A stretch of DNA of 64,000 bases, from the NCBI GenBank assembly GCA_964106915.2, contig OZ066915.1; one strand, 5' to 3'. This DNA is from Podarcis gaigeae. Taxonomy: Eukaryota. The translations under genes were made by a program, and so were the position numbers. Shown in pieces: positions 61,376 to 64,000 of the stretch. How positions within the stretch are numbered: the first letter of the stretch is position 1; the number at the start of each line of letters is the position of its first letter. The notes beneath the pieces are model-generated. The model did no database searches. It was given only the letters and a program-made list of their open reading frames with translations, and was not told the origin of the DNA.

Positions 61376-64000
61376 ATGAGCAGTTGGCTAGCTTTCAATG
61401 TGCATACCTGTCCCACCATCATTCCATCATATGCTCCAACATTAAATGAAATATAAATACAGCACATAATGAAATCAATATACTGCTAAGGTTTACAAAA
61501 GGGGTGGGGCGCAGGTGAATCAACACTAATGTCTCCTGCGTGTTATCACTAACTTAGATAAGTGGTGCCACTTCCTAGCATTTATACCACAAGAACTGCT
61601 AGCAGAGAAGAAATCCAATCAACTCACAGTCAACCATCCACTTCTACCTTGGTGGTTGCTGATTTATTCAGATTCTGAAATGGGACAAAGTCCATCCAAG
61701 CTAGCTTGGATGTTAGCCAAAAACCCTCATTCACACTCTTGTTTCACCAGCTTCTTCTTTGCTAAACCCACTTCAGAAATGGATTCTCCAGCCAGCGATC
61801 ATCCCATCTCTAAGCCACACTTTGGGAGGGGAAAGGGGAGTGAAGTTGAAAAATAAGTGGTTTTCTTGCAGTTCCAGACACACCTGTATGTTAGCTTTCT
61901 GAAACCTGATAGTCTTGTATTGACTTGGACGTGGCATTAATGTTCTTGCGGATGTTGCTTTTTTGAGGATCAATACAGATACCTGTAACAGGCACTACAT
62001 CATTCACCTGACAGGCCAGATTGTTTACTGCTGACTGAAAGTAAGAGATAGCTTAGAATAAGGGTAGGCTGACTTCATGACTGTTAGATCTATTTTGTTT
62101 TTAGTAGATCCAGAGTCACATGCAAAAGACATATAATTAGAAATAAAGAAGAGGGTGCCTCTAAGAACATTCAGAGTCCAGGAATCGGTTTTCAGTGCCA
62201 GAACTGACTAGGCACACAGCCCTTCCACATACATGTCCCCCACCCTCACCCCACAGTTAGTTTTCTCCATTTCAGCAAGGGAAAGTCATGTTGTAGTTGC
62301 TACTATGTTGGAAACTCTTGTCGTTCTGCTGCAAGTCTCCCAGTGATCTAACTTCTGCCCACCTGCAAACACTCAGAAACTTATCTACTGTATAAGAAAA
62401 TACAAAGTTCATTTTCTGATTCTGACACCGAATCTCAGCCTACTTGTATAGATGTCACAGCAGTTGAATGTGTGTTGGCACCAATTCTGCTGAGGAGAAA
62501 AGGAATCTCCATCACTGGAATGTTTTAAAACAAATAAGCTAGGGGGCAACTGCCAATCAGCTTTGTGTTTCTTAAAATATCCAGCATGTCCCTGTGGTTG
62601 GGGCAGTGGCAGCAGGGGGGGAGACAGGAAAGAAGTATGCATTCATTGATGGATTTCAGTCTCCATTAATCATTTACATTTACGGACTTGAGATGCTTCA
62701 GAGCTTATCACTGTGCCCAGGATATCATTTAGAGTCAAAAGCTAGGAGTGGTTTCACCAACCACTCCATTAGACAAGAAACCCTGCAGTCCATTCTTTGG
62801 GATTTGAATCTGTTGTCTGAAGCCATAGTTGGCAGAGTCTGTGGTGGCTCATTTTCTGTCAAGTGCAGGCAGTTGGGAACACCCTGCAACACTACCCCTG
62901 GGGTCTCTGTTACTTCACAGAGCAATTCCCATGTGCTGAGTTTGACAGGGAAGCTGCAAATGATTTCACACAAAATAACCTACCGATCATCTCCACCTCC
63001 TTGCAATAACTGTGGTCAGTGAAAAATGGCAGTGCCGTGCAAAAGCCTTTGAGGACCAGGATAGTTAATCTGGCACTTTGTTATCTGACTATTAATATCT
63101 TAAATTAATTTCTTTCTTTCTTTTGTAAATGCTGGTGGTGGTGTACTGAGATTGGCAGCACAGGATTAAGCTGTGCATAAATAAAAGGCGACACATTCCA
63201 ACCAGTTCATGGAAAGACCTTCCACAGTTGTTCTCCTAGGGCATAATCCACCAGACAGTTCTCCTGCACAAGCCCCACTGAAATGAATAGGAGCCATGAA
63301 AGGGCACTGTAAGTGACTTTTGCCTAGGCAGGTGACTTCAGCCTTCCTATAGAAGTGATCATTTGCCCTTGGCAAGTCAGCTAATCAAGACCACAATGAT
63401 TAACCAAAAGGAATCTGTCCTCATGCCTAGAGTACATTCACCTAGTAAGTTTCCAGGGTGGCTGGAGGTTCTATTTCCCTTTCCCTTTCACTGTGAATAG
63501 CTTGAATTCCAGAGAATCAACAGCTGCCACCCAGAAAAAGATAAAATTTGAAATTTAGCCTAGTTGCAGCTGAAATCTCTCTTGATCAACAGAAAGGGAC
63601 CCAGCTGAAGGCCAATTCATGGAGCTATTTTATTCTCCCATGGAATTTCTGGTGTTAACCACATTTAACTCCACATTTAAAAGCATAATCAAGAATATAT
63701 GAAACTTTCGTATATTGTTAGTTCCAGTGGTCCATCTAGTCCAGTATCATCTACTGTTTGATGCAACCAGCTGGTCTCTGTCTGTCTCTCAGAAGGGAGT
63801 TTTATCCTCTGTGGTAGCTTACAGCAGCTCTTTCCCTTATATCCTGCTATGTTACTACATGTCTAACTGTTGCTCCATTGTTTATGGCTTTCACGCCATT
63901 CTAGTTGGGCTGGATTAGAAGTTAAGACAACCTCACCTGGATGCTTATATGATGCACATGGAGGCAATCCACTTGCTGAAATGAGGCACTGCTAGATACC

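Noticed and set aside
1-64000. CRISPR array, operon, rRNA or autonomous transposon
   Set aside because: Vertebrate DNA with no regularly spaced repeats, no rRNA similarity and no intact RT or transposase ORF.

Overview
This window is vertebrate genomic DNA, almost certainly from a squamate and probably a lacertid lizard (inferred from a Sauria SINE and other squamate repeats). It looks intronic or intergenic: CpG-poor, with no ORF above about 160 aa and none resembling a protein I recognise. It is dominated by short, mostly old repeats: Sauria/Squam1 and MIR/Squam3-type SINEs, tRNA-headed SINEs with CR1-type tails, CR1 and L2 LINE 3' fragments, many hAT-type MITEs (two with clear 8-bp target-site duplications), a fold-back element, an inverted Penelope terminal-repeat pair with a decayed hammerhead motif, and microsatellites. 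There is a 149-N assembly gap. Only low-confidence exon candidates are visible (455-621 minus, 10233-10283 plus), and I could not identify a gene. I found no convincing novel biological system. The best leads are a MITE carrying CTCF and NRF1 motifs, SINEs with different tRNA heads on related CR1 tails, the Penelope hammerhead relic, an OC1-like MITE, and a ~110-bp duplication with reciprocal CpG decay. Repeat family names come from recalled consensus sequences, not database searches, and the boundaries of old repeats are approximate.
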